A stretch of 64,000 nt of DNA, taken from assembly GCA_964252035.1 (NCBI GenBank), contig OZ176203.1. One strand, given 5' to 3'. Positions 52,345 through 64,000 of this stretch are shown in pieces. Below the pieces are notes generated by a model, which saw nothing but the letters and a program-made list of their open reading frames with translations, did no database searches and had not been told where the DNA came from. Source of the stretch: Podarcis erhardii (Eukaryota). Position 1 is the stretch's first letter, and each line of letters begins with the position of its first letter. A program made the position numbers and the translations under genes.

Positions 52345-52512
52345 ACAGGGATGCTTCTGAATGCCAGTTGCTGGAAACGACTGGAGGAGAGAATGCACAT
52401 GTGCTCAGATCATGCTTGAAGCTTCCCACAGGCATCTGGGTGGCCACTGAGAATAAGATGCTGGACTAGATGGAGATTTGGCCTGATCCAGCAGGCTCTT
52501 CTTATGTTCTTT
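52345..52512 (+). mobile_element. CR1 3' end (ttcttatgttct tail)
   Basis: gatgctggactagatgg..ggcctgatccagcaggctcttcttatgttctt. Confidence 0.7.
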
Positions 52513-53690
52513 AAAAGGCCCAACAGGACCAAAAAAGGGGGTCAAGTGGTGAATAGTATGGTAGTGGGAGGGGCTCAGACCTCACTGATCCAAGAGAATA
52601 AGTATTATAACTTAGAGTGCAATCTTATGCATTTTTGCTGTGTTTCATAGGCCTTGCTTCTAGATAAGCATGCATAGGAATGTAACATTAATCACCCAAA
52701 TGTTCTAAAGATGTAGTCAAATTATGTATTTTCCCTTAGTCTCTTGCAGGTCTTCTATCCATCCTTCTGCTTATGGAGTGCAAGAAGATTTCTAGTTTCA
52801 GCCCTTGGGTATGGCTGCTGCTCTGATAACCCCAAGTTGTGGGCACTTCTCCAAGTTGAGCTTTGAGAGAAAGCATCCTTAGAACAAGCGGGATGCTGTG
52901 AAGTCACATGCAGTGTTCAGCACAAAATTCATCCTCTGAAATAATTTGTTCTAAAAGGGTTTAATTACAGGGCATGTGTGCTAGTGTTGCACCTTCAAAT
53001 GCATATCCCCAATAGTCATCATGACTCATGATTCTTGCTCAGTGTAGCCTGTGAAGAGTCTACTATGCTCTTACTATAATTTTATGTTGGATAAATCTCA
53101 TGTGCTGGTCCAAAGATGCTTGTTTATTTGTTTGGACAAAATCTTACCTCATGTATTCGATGAAAGGAATTTCTATTTCAGAAACCCACTTAGATCCAAG
53201 CTGAAGCGAGGTCTAAAATATTTCACCTTAATATAATAATGATAGATATGGGTGTGGGGAAATGTTTCTGTAGTATTTTGAAGAACTGAAATATTAACTT
53301 CCATTAATAATGAGATTAGCTTAGTATTAAGAGTTTTATCCTTTTCAACTGGGTAACAATCTGTTCCCTGTTTCCATTGACTTAATTTTTTAGGTTTTTA
53401 TTTCAGAATCCAAAATCAGAGCAGTGAGCACAGCACTCTGTGCTATTCCTAATTTTGGTATTTGATCCACTCTCAATTATTATGTGATGTCAGAATTCAT
53501 CTTGAATATAGATCTGAATAGAATTCAAGAAATGCTTTATCAATTTCTTTGATCTGAACCAAGAATTCCTAAGGCAGTCCTCCTTCTGTTAACCTGTATA
53601 CTAGTCAATTTTCTAGCTCTAGCTCCAGATTCCCAGTGATTTTTAAAATATAAGACAAATTACATTCTACCTCATCAAAAAACCCACAGC

Positions 53691-53879
53691 TACCAATCCC
53701 AGAGTTCTCTGGGAAAAGGGATTGATTGTTAAACCACTCCATGCATGTTGGCTCTGTGAGGGGAAAATAGGTCTCCTAACAAGTCTCAGCATCCTTAAAG
53801 AACTATAATTCCATGCAGAAAAGCTGTAACTATTTAAAGTGGTATGATACAGATTTAAATGTGTAATGCAGACAGGGCC
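53691..53879. mobile_element. Partial MITE of the same family as 62256-62911
   Basis: Ends tatttaaagtggtatgatacagatttaaatgtgtaatgcagacagggcc, similar to 62860-62911. Confidence 0.65.
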
Positions 53880-54671
53880 TTTAAGGTGCTATAAGTCTCT
53901 TAAGTTGTTTTTCACCAAATTAGCATGGTTATTCCTCTGAAACTCATACAGCTTAATACATGACTTAATAAAAATATCTTGCCAATTTAAAAGGGCCTGA
54001 CTTTGATGTTTCTAGCGTATTTAAGATAAAGGGCCGAATGTTTTTGAAAAACATTTGGCAGAAATATTATTAATTTGTTTTAACCTTTCCAATAATCTTT
54101 CCTCAGAATAAGGGAATTTAAATTAATATCCATATTAATATGGCTGTGAGGGAAGCAGTGCCCCTCTGTGTCACTATTTATTTCCCATCCACTTAAATGG
54201 TACATTTATAAACAAACAGATATTATGGGGAAATAACACCCATCATCTGGAACTGCCCCCACCCACAAATATACAGCAAACCTGCTAAAGAGGCCAATCT
54301 TTTAAAGCTGCCCTGAAAATTACTACCAGCTGGAGAAATGTAAAGTGTGAAACAAGATTTCCCTTTCTCCTTAATTTCCTAAATAGGCAGGAGTTGCAAA
54401 ATCCCCCCCCCCAAAAAAATGTATATAAACTGTACAGTGTTTGTCGCAAACAAGTGCCTATGGCTTGCTGTTTGTTTGCACAGCACAATGGCACTCCAAT
54501 GCTGTACAATTAGTCTAGTGCTCCAAAGCTGATAGCATTGGAATAGTGTTGCTAATTAATTGTTAATAACCTGCTGGGAACATAACCAAGACAGCCACTA
54601 TGGTTTGAAACTAGTTACTGAAGGTGCTGGAGCAGAAATGATTTAAACATTTTAATCAGAAATCCTTGTAT

Positions 54672-54720
54672 CTCTCTCTCTCTCTCTCTCTCTCCTTCTC
54701 TCTCTCCCTCTCTCTCCCCT
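54672..54720. repeat. (CT)n microsatellite, imperfect
   Basis: Seen directly. Confidence 0.85.
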
Positions 54721-55527
54721 TCCTTACTCATTGGAGAGAAATTCTCCACCCATAAAGGGACTTGGAATCAAATTCAATATGTTTATGGAATTCACATGGT
54801 GAGACGCAGCCCATTAATAATTATCTGGGGGGTACAAGGGGAGTCAATTGCACATCACTGTTTATAATTAGTAATTAGAAATCATCAGGAAGGCACTGAT
54901 TAATGAGATCACCAATAGTTTGGAATCTGTGGGGGAGGAAACAAGCCTGTTTGGAAAGATAAACAAATGGTGCAGTGAATGCCTAATTCTTTTAAACTTG
55001 TGAACATATGCAAAGGTTTAGCTTCGTCCTGTCCTAGGGATGGACAAAGCAGTCCATACCTAGTCATGGGTTCATTCTGAGGTCCATTCTGTCCTATTTC
55101 TGCATCCATCTTTTCAAAGATGGATGCAGTGGTTTCTGTGCAGTGATGGCTTAGTTGCCCCACCCCCAGTTAAGAAAGAAAAGTAAAATAAAGGAAAGAG
55201 TCTCCTTGACACCTCATATTTTATGTTTCAATAAAGTAAGAAAAGCATATGGTCTCCTTTGAAGACGTTTTGCCAAAATAACTTCCCCCAAAAGACCACT
55301 GCACTATACCTCCATGCAAGATGCATGAAAGTATCTATCCAGATTTTAGATAATAATTAATACATGGCCAAAATTGGAAACCACTTTTTAATTATATATA
55401 CTTTACCACTTGATCTGATCTTGTCTTTGCCTGGCTTCCCAGAGGCACCTGAAAAGTGATGCAGAGTTCCTCCTGAAACTCTTTGATCACTGGAACAGCC
55501 AAGAATTCCCTCAAAAGATTAACATAC

Positions 55528-55665
55528 CATGAAATTGTACAGCATTGTTTCTCTGCAGTTGACGAGAGTTGGGGCAAACTGGTTTCCTTCGGTTCCATAT
55601 TCTGAGCATACCAGATGGATAATAGGTTCACTATATCTCATGGCCCCCATGCAATTGTTTCTCAA
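55528..55665 (-). CDS. Internal coding exon (138 nt, phase 0/0) of an unidentified host gene: LRNNCMGAMRYSEPIIHLVCSEYGTEGNQFAPTLVNCRETMLYNFM
   Basis: Acceptor ttcatttatttttcctag and donor ATG|gtatgt. Exactly 46 codons; only this frame is open (the other two contain TGA/TAG). Non-repetitive sequence. It was missed by the ORF track because it is exon-sized. Confidence 0.8.
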
Positions 55666-56489
55666 CTAGGAAAAATAAATGAATCCGTCTGAAAGTAAAT
55701 GAAAATAGCATTGTTCCATATCCTGTGATGCATAAACTCTTTCTTTCATTTCACAGTGTCTATTGAAAGTTAATAACAGCAGCAGCAAAAGTAGGAGGAG
55801 ACTAAGAGAACACCAGTTAATTCCAAATTTCCCATCAATTCTCCAAACTTTTCATTAAAGGAATACATAGCACTGGTTCACAAGTACCATGCATATCACT
55901 TGTTTTCTCATTATTGAACACTTAATGGTACTTATCTGAATATATGAATTGTCTCCATTGAAAGGGGTTGTGTTTGAAACACTTAGAGGTGAAAGTTTTC
56001 TCTGTGCTCCTGGATGACTCATTTACATGTACAAATCACCACCAGATGCTGCATTCTTCAGTAGTCAGTAGTAGTCATCCTTCATTAGCAGGCAACTCAA
56101 GTTTAATCTGGAATGGACTTGCCGAAAGCCATCTGATTTAGGTGCATTTCTTTTTCAATCTGAATTAATTTAATTTATTCTCTGCCAAGTCTGAGCTTCA
56201 GGTCTTGCCACGCTCTTGATGAAGCTACTGTAGTCCTTTAAGCACCTACTGAAGACATGCTTGCTTACTTGGTCTTCCTTGGTTTTCAATGAGTGAGTGT
56301 TTTAATTAGTGGAATATGGATTTAGTATTTTTAGTATTTTAGTATTTTTAAAGATTCCCCCCCCCCAAAAAAAATCATATTGTACCCTGCTCTGGTTCCA
56401 GTGAAGGCTGGGATATAAACATTTTAAATAATAAGGCTTGGAGGCTTTCTTTGCCAACTACCTCCCCACTCCAACTGAGAAACATAAAT

Positions 56490-56638
56490 CACAGAATTGT
56501 AGAGTTGGAAGAGATCCCCAAGGATCATCTAGTCCAACCCCCTGCAATACAGGAATCTCTGCTAAAGCTTCCATGACAGATGGCCATCCAACCTCTGCTT
56601 AAAAACTTCCAAGGATGGAGAGTCCACAACCTCCTGAG
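56490..56638 (-). mobile_element. CR1 3' end
   Basis: cacagaattgtagagttggaagagatccccaaggatcatctagtccaacccc...ggagagtccac. Confidence 0.8.
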
Positions 56639-56674
56639 ACCATTCCATTGCATGGCAAGGCCCCATGACCTCCT

Positions 56675-57903
56675 TGTTCTCTAATGTGCAAATAACTAGA
56701 CAACACATGGCATATTGGTTTTGGGGTCAAATAAGGCCACAACTTTATTGGCTACAGATGTGAAGTTTAGGCCATAGGCATTGAGGTAAGCAATGACACA
56801 TGTTACTCCCACCCGCCCGCTGGGAGTGTATCTAAGGGTGCAGCCAGCAAGGGGCGGGGATGCCCTATGACCTACGTCAAATCAGGGCATCCCCAAGCGG
56901 TCCCCACTGGAGAAGTGTTATGGCCCTAGTCCCCGCCTGGGCATTGGACAGGAACCACTCCTCCCAGATCCTTTGGCGATCACTCGTAGTCGAGAAAGAT
57001 TGTCTTCTATAAACACGGTTTTAACAATGAGTCCGTAAGTGACTTTGGAGGCCAATTCTGGATCCACACATCCTTCCACAGTGAGGACATTGGTTTCCGA
57101 GTGGGAGTTGATCATGGTCTGGATTTGCCAAGCGTGCCTTCCTCTTAGCCCATTTCTCCCTTGCGTCCTGAGTTCGAGTGTCTTCAAAACCCATGACAAC
57201 TTTGGTAAAGGCTGTTCTCCAGTTGGAGTGCTCACAGGCCAGTGTTTCCTAGTTGTCAGTGTTTATCCTACATTTTTTTAGATTTGCCTTGAGACAGTCT
57301 TTAAACCTCTTTTGTTGACCACCAGCATTGCGCTTTCCATTTTTAAATTCTGAATAGAGTAGTTGCTTTGGAAGACGATCATCAGGCATCCACACAAGCA
57401 GGATAACCTTACCTGTGGAGGGGCAGGCAGAGGCTGCAACCTCCCCTCCAACCAAGACTAGGCTTACCCAATGCTTACCTGCCTTACAAAGTTGTGATGA
57501 TTGCTGTGAGGTAGGCAAAAACCCAAATAGCGATGGCAGTTTGCCAGATGGGGAAAATTCCCGATCGGCCCCTAAATCTGGTGACCAACATATTCCATAG
57601 CAAGGTCATACCATCCGCAACAACCCTAATCTGAGAGAGGGAGGGTGTGTGAACTGGCATAGTGAGAGAGAGGCCAAAAGACCCTCCCGGCCAGGCATTT
57701 ATCCTTGCCCTGGGCTTGGTTCAAAGCGATGCTACTGGTCAGTTGGCACCATGCCCAGGGAAATGCCCCCCCAATTCCTGCCACCATTGGCCAATTCAAC
57801 AGCAGGAGGATGATCCGGCCTGCAATAGGCCAGTTCAGAAAGGAAGCCCGGGGCCCGCCCTCAAAGCCACCTGCCCAAGGAGGGCACACATATCTGTCGA
57901 ACA
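56675..57903 (-). mobile_element. Probable solo LTR (about 800 bp) carrying a nested RTE fragment
   Basis: TGTTC...GAACA termini, 4-bp flanks tcct / gcct (3 of 4), minus-strand AATAAA near 56748 and CCAAT-like motifs. The GC-rich body is interrupted at about 56972-57400. Confidence 0.55.
56972..57400 (-). mobile_element. RTE-clade LINE 3' fragment
   Basis: ORF 57249..57518 contains WMPDDRLPKQLLYSEFKNGKRNAGGQQKRFKDCLKANLKK, the RTE ORF C-terminal signature. The 3' UTR ends cgactacgagtgatcgccaa. Confidence 0.88.
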
Positions 57904-58098
57904 GCCTAGAAACATTCTAAGAACCAGGATTCTATAAAGCCTTCTCCCCATCCACACCCAACACACCTGAGAAGGGTAACGGCTGCTGTGTCCTTGCTGT
58001 AGCAATCAACATCACAGGTAGAAGGATCCATGGGAACTGTAGTTTCCTAGAGCGGCTGGAACCTTGGAACCCAGTGAAGCTAAAATTCCTGAGGCTCC

Positions 58099-58714
58099 TT
58101 AGAATCATAGAATCATAGAGTTGGAAGAGACCACAAGGGCCATCGAGTCCAACCCCCTGCCAAGCAGGAAACACCATCAGAGCACTCCTGACATATGGTT
58201 GTCAAGCCTCTGCTTAAAGACCTCCAAAGAAGGAGACTCCACCACACTCCTTGGCAGCAAATTCCACTGTCAAACAGCTCTTACTGTCAGGAAGTTCTTC
58301 CTAATGTTTAGGTGGAATCTTCTTTCTTGTAGTTTGGAGCCATTGCTCCGTGTCCGCTTCTCTGGAGCAGCAGAAAACAACCTTTCTCCCTCCTCTATGT
58401 GACATCCTTTTATATATTTGAACATGGCTATCATATCACCCCTTAACCTCCTCTTCTCCAGGCTAAACATGCCCAGCTCCCTTAGCCGTTCCTCATAAGG
58501 CATCGTTTCCAGGCCTTTGACCATTTTGGTTGCCCTCCTTTGGACACGTTCCAGTTTCTCAGTGTCCTTCTTGAACTGTGGTGCCCAGAACTGGACACAG
58601 TACTCCAGGTGAGGTCTGACCAGAGCAGAATACAGTGGCACTATTACTTCCCTTGATCTAGATGCTATACTCCTATTGATGCAGCCCAGAATTGCATTGG
58701 CTTTTTTAGCTGCC
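58099..58714 (-). mobile_element. Young 5'-truncated CR1 LINE
   Basis: ORF 58270..58641 reads [25 protein letters not shown]...[11 protein letters not shown]...[10 protein letters not shown]. (ttctatga)n tail. The premature TGA is consistent with CpG decay. Confidence 0.95.
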
Positions 58715-59494
58715 TTGCACCCAGATCACAGCTGAGAATGCTTCTGGACACCAGAGCATTTGCTCTATTTATTCATTTCGGAATTTTTCTTGCTAACATT
58801 CCCTGCCCGCCTGCCAAAGATAGCTTCCAGGTTAAAAACAACAAAAAATACACTATGGGGCAATCCTATGGCAAGATCCATCAAGACGAGCAGCTTAGAA
58901 GTAGCAGCTCTCTGTCTCAGCTCACTGGTTCCTGACCCAGACTGCATTAAGTTCCTGAACCTGGTTCAGCCAAAGTGTAACTTGCTCATCACAGCTCAAC
59001 TGAGCCAGTCTAAGTCCTCCCCAAAATGTGTTATGGTGGGGCCAGGACCAGAGAGCAGGACTAAGCCCATTCAGCTTAGTCATGTGACCTGATGCCCCAG
59101 CATAAAACATGGTTCAAAAGATGGCCTTCTCTCTGCTAGGCTTAGGCAGAGCAGCAGCAGCCCCACTGCTGAACAGAGTTTGGACCTTCTCTAACTACAC
59201 ACTGGCTTAACTTACACCAGTTTGCTTTACACCAACTTCTTGTGCATAGGATGCCACCCTTAATTATTAAAACAGCAGCCGAAAGGCACATTAAATGAAC
59301 TGTGCTGTTTTATAAATGCATCACCACAACAGGAGTTTTGAACAAATTAAAAGCACAGAGGGGGGAAATAGTTCTTTGCTCCTCAAGAGAGGAGGGCTTA
59401 ACTGAACCTCTCATGTCCCTACCTAGCAGTGCCATATTAGTACCTTTAATTGTGCAGATGAATGTAATATTTATAGTGAATCCCTAGTGCATCT

Positions 59495-59745
59495 ATTCAT
59501 AGAATCATAGAATTGTAGCGTTGGAAGGGACCATGAGGGTGATCTAGTGCAACCCCCTGCAATGTAGGAATCCATGACAGATGGCCTCCCAACCTCTGCT
59601 TCATAACCTCTAAGGAAGGAGAGTCCACCAGAGGGAGTGGAACAGGGATGGAAGAGCTCTTACCATCAGACAGTGGAGCAGACTCTTTCAGAAGTTGGTG
59701 GACTCTCCTTCCCTGGAGGTTTTGAAGCAGAGGTTTCTCACATGG
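59495..59745. mobile_element. Two CR1 3' pieces in inverted orientation
   Basis: A minus-strand CR1 tail (59495-59629) is followed by a plus-strand copy of overlapping 3' UTR sequence. The arms 59591-59629 and 59697-59735 match at 36 of 39 positions. Confidence 0.8.
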
Positions 59746-60535
59746 TTACTCACCTTCCAACTAACTATGCATCACAGCAGACTTCAAGAGAACAGCAGAA
59801 TGGTTGTTTTGTGGAAGATGACAAATGATAAGCTCTGAGGGCAGATTACATGGAACTAAACCAGCAGAGCAAAACATAAATTCCACCCACTGAATCACAG
59901 GAGCAGCAATGGTTGTAGTCAATTTACACACCATATAGTACAGCAGCCAATGCAAATGAAGAATAACTGGTGTAACATGTTCTGAAAAGTGATCACCAGA
60001 AACCACTCTGGTTTCTCTGCTAAGAATCTAGAAACATCTAGGAGTGAGAAATCACTCCCTTTTTTACTGCAAAGAACCCATTGTCTTTGGTTCTTAGGCT
60101 ACTGCAGGGCCTAAAGAATTCTTATCTTTGTTTTCATTCAGTATATTTTAGTGGACCATTGTTACTGTGCTGGGATCAAGGTGACATGGGCTGACTCATA
60201 TTTAATCCAGAGCTCTGGAACTTCCCAAACTTCATGTGCATCAAGTTTTCAGTCTTCATGCATGGGCTGGCCCTTAGTATGTTCATGCATACATGCAGGA
60301 AAGGCAGGTATAAAGTGCAACCTTAAAATAAACATTACATGGTAGGTGCTTGTGAGGCATCTGATCAAGGCCTGTATTTTAAAATGAGCTTAAAGATATA
60401 TTTGCAAATGTTTGTATGTTTCATGCCAGGCAGAAACCAGCTGGCTAAGTACTTTGGCAGTTGTTTATCTTTCTGCTCTCCTGAACAAGGGCCCTCCTGA
60501 TTTATAGCAGTAGCAGGAGACAAGTTTCTCAAAGT

Positions 60536-61445
60536 TGTAAAAGGGAATTACAGGCTGGGAGCAAAGGTTACACTGACCCTACATATTACAGAATACAATC
60601 AAGCTGCAAAAACACTAATTAAGAGTTTGTAAATAGTAAGATTTATTGTTTAACAGAAAATAATACCATCAGACTCTAGCCATATTTTCCTAAGGTTTAA
60701 GGTATACTGAGAGAGTTAAAGGGCAATAAATTTTGGGAAGAGCTAATGGGAAAAGCAGCTGGCTGGGAAAGGGGGGGCGTGTAAACTGAAGAGGCTTCTT
60801 TTGAAGCTGTTTTTTACTGAGTTCCTTTTTTACTTTGCAAAGGCCTTTTCTTCTAAAAAGCTATCTATGTTATGTATGAGATTTGTTGGCTTAATGTAAT
60901 TAGGCAAAGGATTTAGAAAGTAAGAAATGTTAGATTCTTATGTTAGATTCTTATTTCATTGATGGTGTGTGAGAATGTGAACCCAAGATCTCTGTTTAGA
61001 TAGAATTTAATACCCCGAGCCGTTTGTTTTAGCCATTTGTTTTGGAATGCAGGGGCAACAGGGGCAAAAGGTGATCTGGTAATTAAGGTGCCTTGTCGAG
61101 GCAAATGTAAGATATATGGCTACTTGTCTGCCATTTATGGATAGAAGGAAATATAGCTCTTTGTTTCCCATAAAAGGTAATAGGAAATGGGTGTATCTTT
61201 TATGATTGGTTCTAGCAAATAGCCAATAGGAATTTCAACCAGGCTGATTGGACAGAGGGAGCCAAAGGAGGAGCAAGGGGGCTGGGCTGAGGAAATATAA
61301 GTGCTGGCCATCAGGGCTGGAGGGGGAAGAGCTTTGGTAACCATATACCACTGTGCCTATCATTTATTTGTCTGACAAATAAATTATTATTTTAATTTCT
61401 CTATTGCTGCGTTGAATATTTCATTCCAGCTAACTGTTAACCACA
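60536..61445 (+). mobile_element. LTR-like element, boundaries uncertain
   Basis: Cluster of gattgg/ccaat boxes (61205-61250), aatataag TATA (61294), then aataaa (61378) ending ..ccaca. No matching TSD found. Confidence 0.45.
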
Positions 61446-61935
61446 AGCAGGGTGCTATACTTGTAGCTGTCTTCCATCTGTTTTGCATTTATCAAAAAAT
61501 CACTGAAAGAGAATCAGGGGAGAGGGAGTAGTGCATAAACCTTTTTCTGCAAAACATTTTCCTTTTCAAGGTGGCCTGCCACAAACTGCTTTTCCATACA
61601 TGGGGGAAGATACAGGTGTGGACAAGAAAGCCAGGACTGGAACACACGTTATCATAGTTACTTGCTTGGCATATCGTAAACAACATATGAGGTGAGAGCC
61701 TAAGGGTATTTGTTGCATCACAAGGTATTCATAGACCTCCTAGTGCACAAGCTCTGAGTCCTGCAGTATGGTTAGGAGTCAGGGAAGGAACCATATTTCT
61801 TTCTTAAATCATCAGAGACCTTACTGTGTGCTCAATGTTCAGTCTCTTTGTGCACAATCTAGATTCCTGGCAGAGTAAATTGAATATGCATCCCATCAAA
61901 ACCTTTTGGAAAGGAACTGAGACCTCATCTACACT

Positions 61936-62262
61936 AAGGACCAGCCCAAGACATTTTGGCGCCTGAGGCAGAAACACAAAATAGCAGACACAAACACCTG
62001 CTAGAGTATAAGCATTGGGGAAAGGGGGGAAATAATGATCTACATTGGGAACAAGGGTGGGAGGAGACCAAACAGTGCCTCTTATTCGCTGGGGGCCCCT
62101 GTAGAGGCAGCATTGGGGGGCTGCTGAGGAGAAGCAGGTCTGGCCTCCAAGGAATGCAGAAGCAGTGGCCACTCTATTCCATGGAAGCTGGAGCTACTAC
62201 CCCTGTTGATCCTGCTGCCCAAGGCGCTTGCCTCACCTTGCCCCTTGGGTGGACTGGCCCTG
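61936..62262. mobile_element. Non-autonomous DNA transposon (PIF/Harbinger-like ends)
   Basis: aggaccagcccaagacattttggcgcctgaggc ... gcctcaccttgccccttgggtggactggccctg. A related older copy lies at about 2895-3140. Confidence 0.5.
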
Positions 62263-62911
62263 TCTGCACTATACATTTAAAGCAGTATCATGCCTTTTTA
62301 AACGGTCTCGGCTTCCCTCAGAGAATCCTGGGAATTGTAGTTTGTTAAGGGTGCTGAAAGGTGTTAGGAGAGCCCCCTTCCCCTCACAGAGCTACAATTT
62401 TCCAGAGCATGCCCTCCAACATTTCTCCAATGAAAATATGGATGTCCTATTACATCATCATAAACATAATTTTATTATTTATACTGCACCCATCTGAGTG
62501 GTTTGCCCCAGCCACTCTGGGCAGCTTCCAACATAAAAAAAAACATTAATAAACTTCTCTATACAGGGCTGCCTTCAGATGTATTCTGAAGGTTATATAG
62601 TTACTTATCTCCTTGGCTCGGGGGTCACACCCTCCAGTATTTCTCCAATGAAAATAGGGATGTCCTAAGGAAAAGCAGGACATTCTAGGATCAAATCAGA
62701 TATTGGGAGAGCTTATGTAAACCTGCCCCTGGAAATCAGAGAGATTGATTGTTGAACCATTTTGGGAACTGTACCTCTTGGATGAGACATGGGGTTTCCT
62801 CACAACTCTCAGAACCATCAACAAACTATATTTCCCAAGGATTCTTTGCGAGACATCGTGACTATTTAAAGTGGCTTTGTGGTACTTTAACTGTATACTG
62901 AAGACAGGGCC
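62256..62911. mobile_element. MITE (ggccctgtct / agacagggcc TIRs) with a composite element inserted at its centre
   Basis: The inverted arms 62256-62407 and 62736-62911 flank the 62408-62735 insert. An uninterrupted central segment is seen at 53691-53790. Confidence 0.7.
62408..62735. mobile_element. Composite non-autonomous element (MITE-like arms around an L2 3' tail), copy 2
   Basis: Same arm / L2-tail / arm architecture as 15666-16044. Confidence 0.75.
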
Positions 62912-64000
62912 TAAATGGCTCTGTTTAGCCTTGTTCAAGTCTTGTGACTCTGCTTATTTTTGTTAAATAGAATGAACAGAACATTCATTGCAGATTTTTG
63001 TTTTGGTTTCCCCCCCTGGCTGCATACACACCCAATTTTGATCCTTATTTTTAATTAGCCCCTGACTTTATATTTTTAACATAATTATGCTATTTACTCG
63101 ATATGCAGTTGACTGTCATTCAGTATGAACAAAGGCAACATTGCATTTGTCCTTTTCAGGGAGGCTTCAATGTAAAATATATTCAGCATCCAAGTAAACA
63201 ATCTCTAGCATCCCTGTGGACCAAGACATTAAAGGTATTTTTGAAACAGCTATAAAGTACAGGTGCGTTACCAGAAAATGCTGTTGGATTTCTTTAACCA
63301 CTGAGGTATCTGCTATTTTTTAAAAAACAACAGCAACAACACATACATTTCATGGCCCCCAAACTGCTGTCTGCACAACAACTTTATCCCCAACTTACAT
63401 ACCAAAAAAATATAAATATCTTAAAAATGGTTACAGATTGCTGGGGGGGGGAAAGACTAGCTATACTCTAGGTCTTCATTGGCCTTTGATAATGCTAAAT
63501 AAAATGGATATATAAAGGCTTTATGAGAAAGGGAGATACTGACTACTTAGTTCCATCTTGTTGTATCAAGGAATCATTGGCTAAGGAAACTTCCACCTTC
63601 AAGGCAAGAGCCAGTTTCATTTCGTTTAGTTTCTTTCGGAAACCTTGAAAATAACTGACAAACCTTGTTTGCTTTTAATAGAGTATTAATGACCAGACTG
63701 AACTATTCTTTCAGAGACCACTACCAATTTCAAAACAGCCTCTTCTTCTGGTCAGGGTTGCTGTAAATCCATAAACATTAAGAACGTCAACACAATCCCT
63801 ATAATTAATTAAAAGGGGAAATGTGCATATTCCAAAAGGACAGGCGCTCTGTAGACATTTAAGGCCTCTATCTCAGCTCTTCATAGCTCTGAGATTTCTT
63901 TTAAATGCAAATTGCCATTTATGAAATATGTCACCCTAGTGTCAGAACGGTAACAACATATCACAATTTGTGGCAGCTCCAAATTCATAATTCACTGATT

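Noticed and set aside
55443-55532. Plus-strand candidate exon RHLKSDAEFLLKLFDHWNSQEFPQKINIP*
   Set aside because: It abuts and overlaps the donor of the much better supported minus-strand exon and has no partner exon, so it is likely chance.
59754-60010. Strong minus-strand donor GAAG|gtgagt with upstream ORF 59761..60006
   Set aside because: All three frames hit a stop within about 7 codons of the donor, so it cannot be an ordinary coding exon.
63160-63234. Plus-strand candidate exon GGFNVKYIQHPSKQSLASLWTKTLK
   Set aside because: The donor (gtattt) is weak and no other plus-strand exons support a gene.

Overview
Repeat-rich vertebrate genomic DNA from a squamate reptile, most likely a lacertid lizard. 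The assignment is inferred from Sauria SINE and Squam3-like SINE copies together with the L2/CR1/RTE/L1 and hAT-MITE repertoire. No prokaryotic features, CRISPR arrays or structural RNA genes are supported. The only host protein-coding signal I can support is the 3' end of an unidentified minus-strand gene. It consists of a 138-nt phase-0 exon (55528-55665) and a putative terminal exon (22489-22575) with AATAAA about 160 nt downstream, joined across an intron of about 33 kb. The rest is intron or intergenic sequence. It carries a near full-length young L2 LINE (APE endonuclease plus RT, with the YADD region destroyed by a small deletion) and many CR1 fragments, one of which is an unusual 5'-only piece with the ORF1 esterase. 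It also holds a recent L1 insertion with an 18-bp TSD, solo LTRs, hAT MITEs with 8-bp TSDs, a Tc1/pogo-type MITE and a recurrent MITE/L2-tail chimera. Nearly all other short ORFs in the track are spurious or repeat-derived. I found no convincing novel multi-gene system. Repeat family names come from my recall of family hallmarks, not from a database search, and boundaries of old repeats are approximate.
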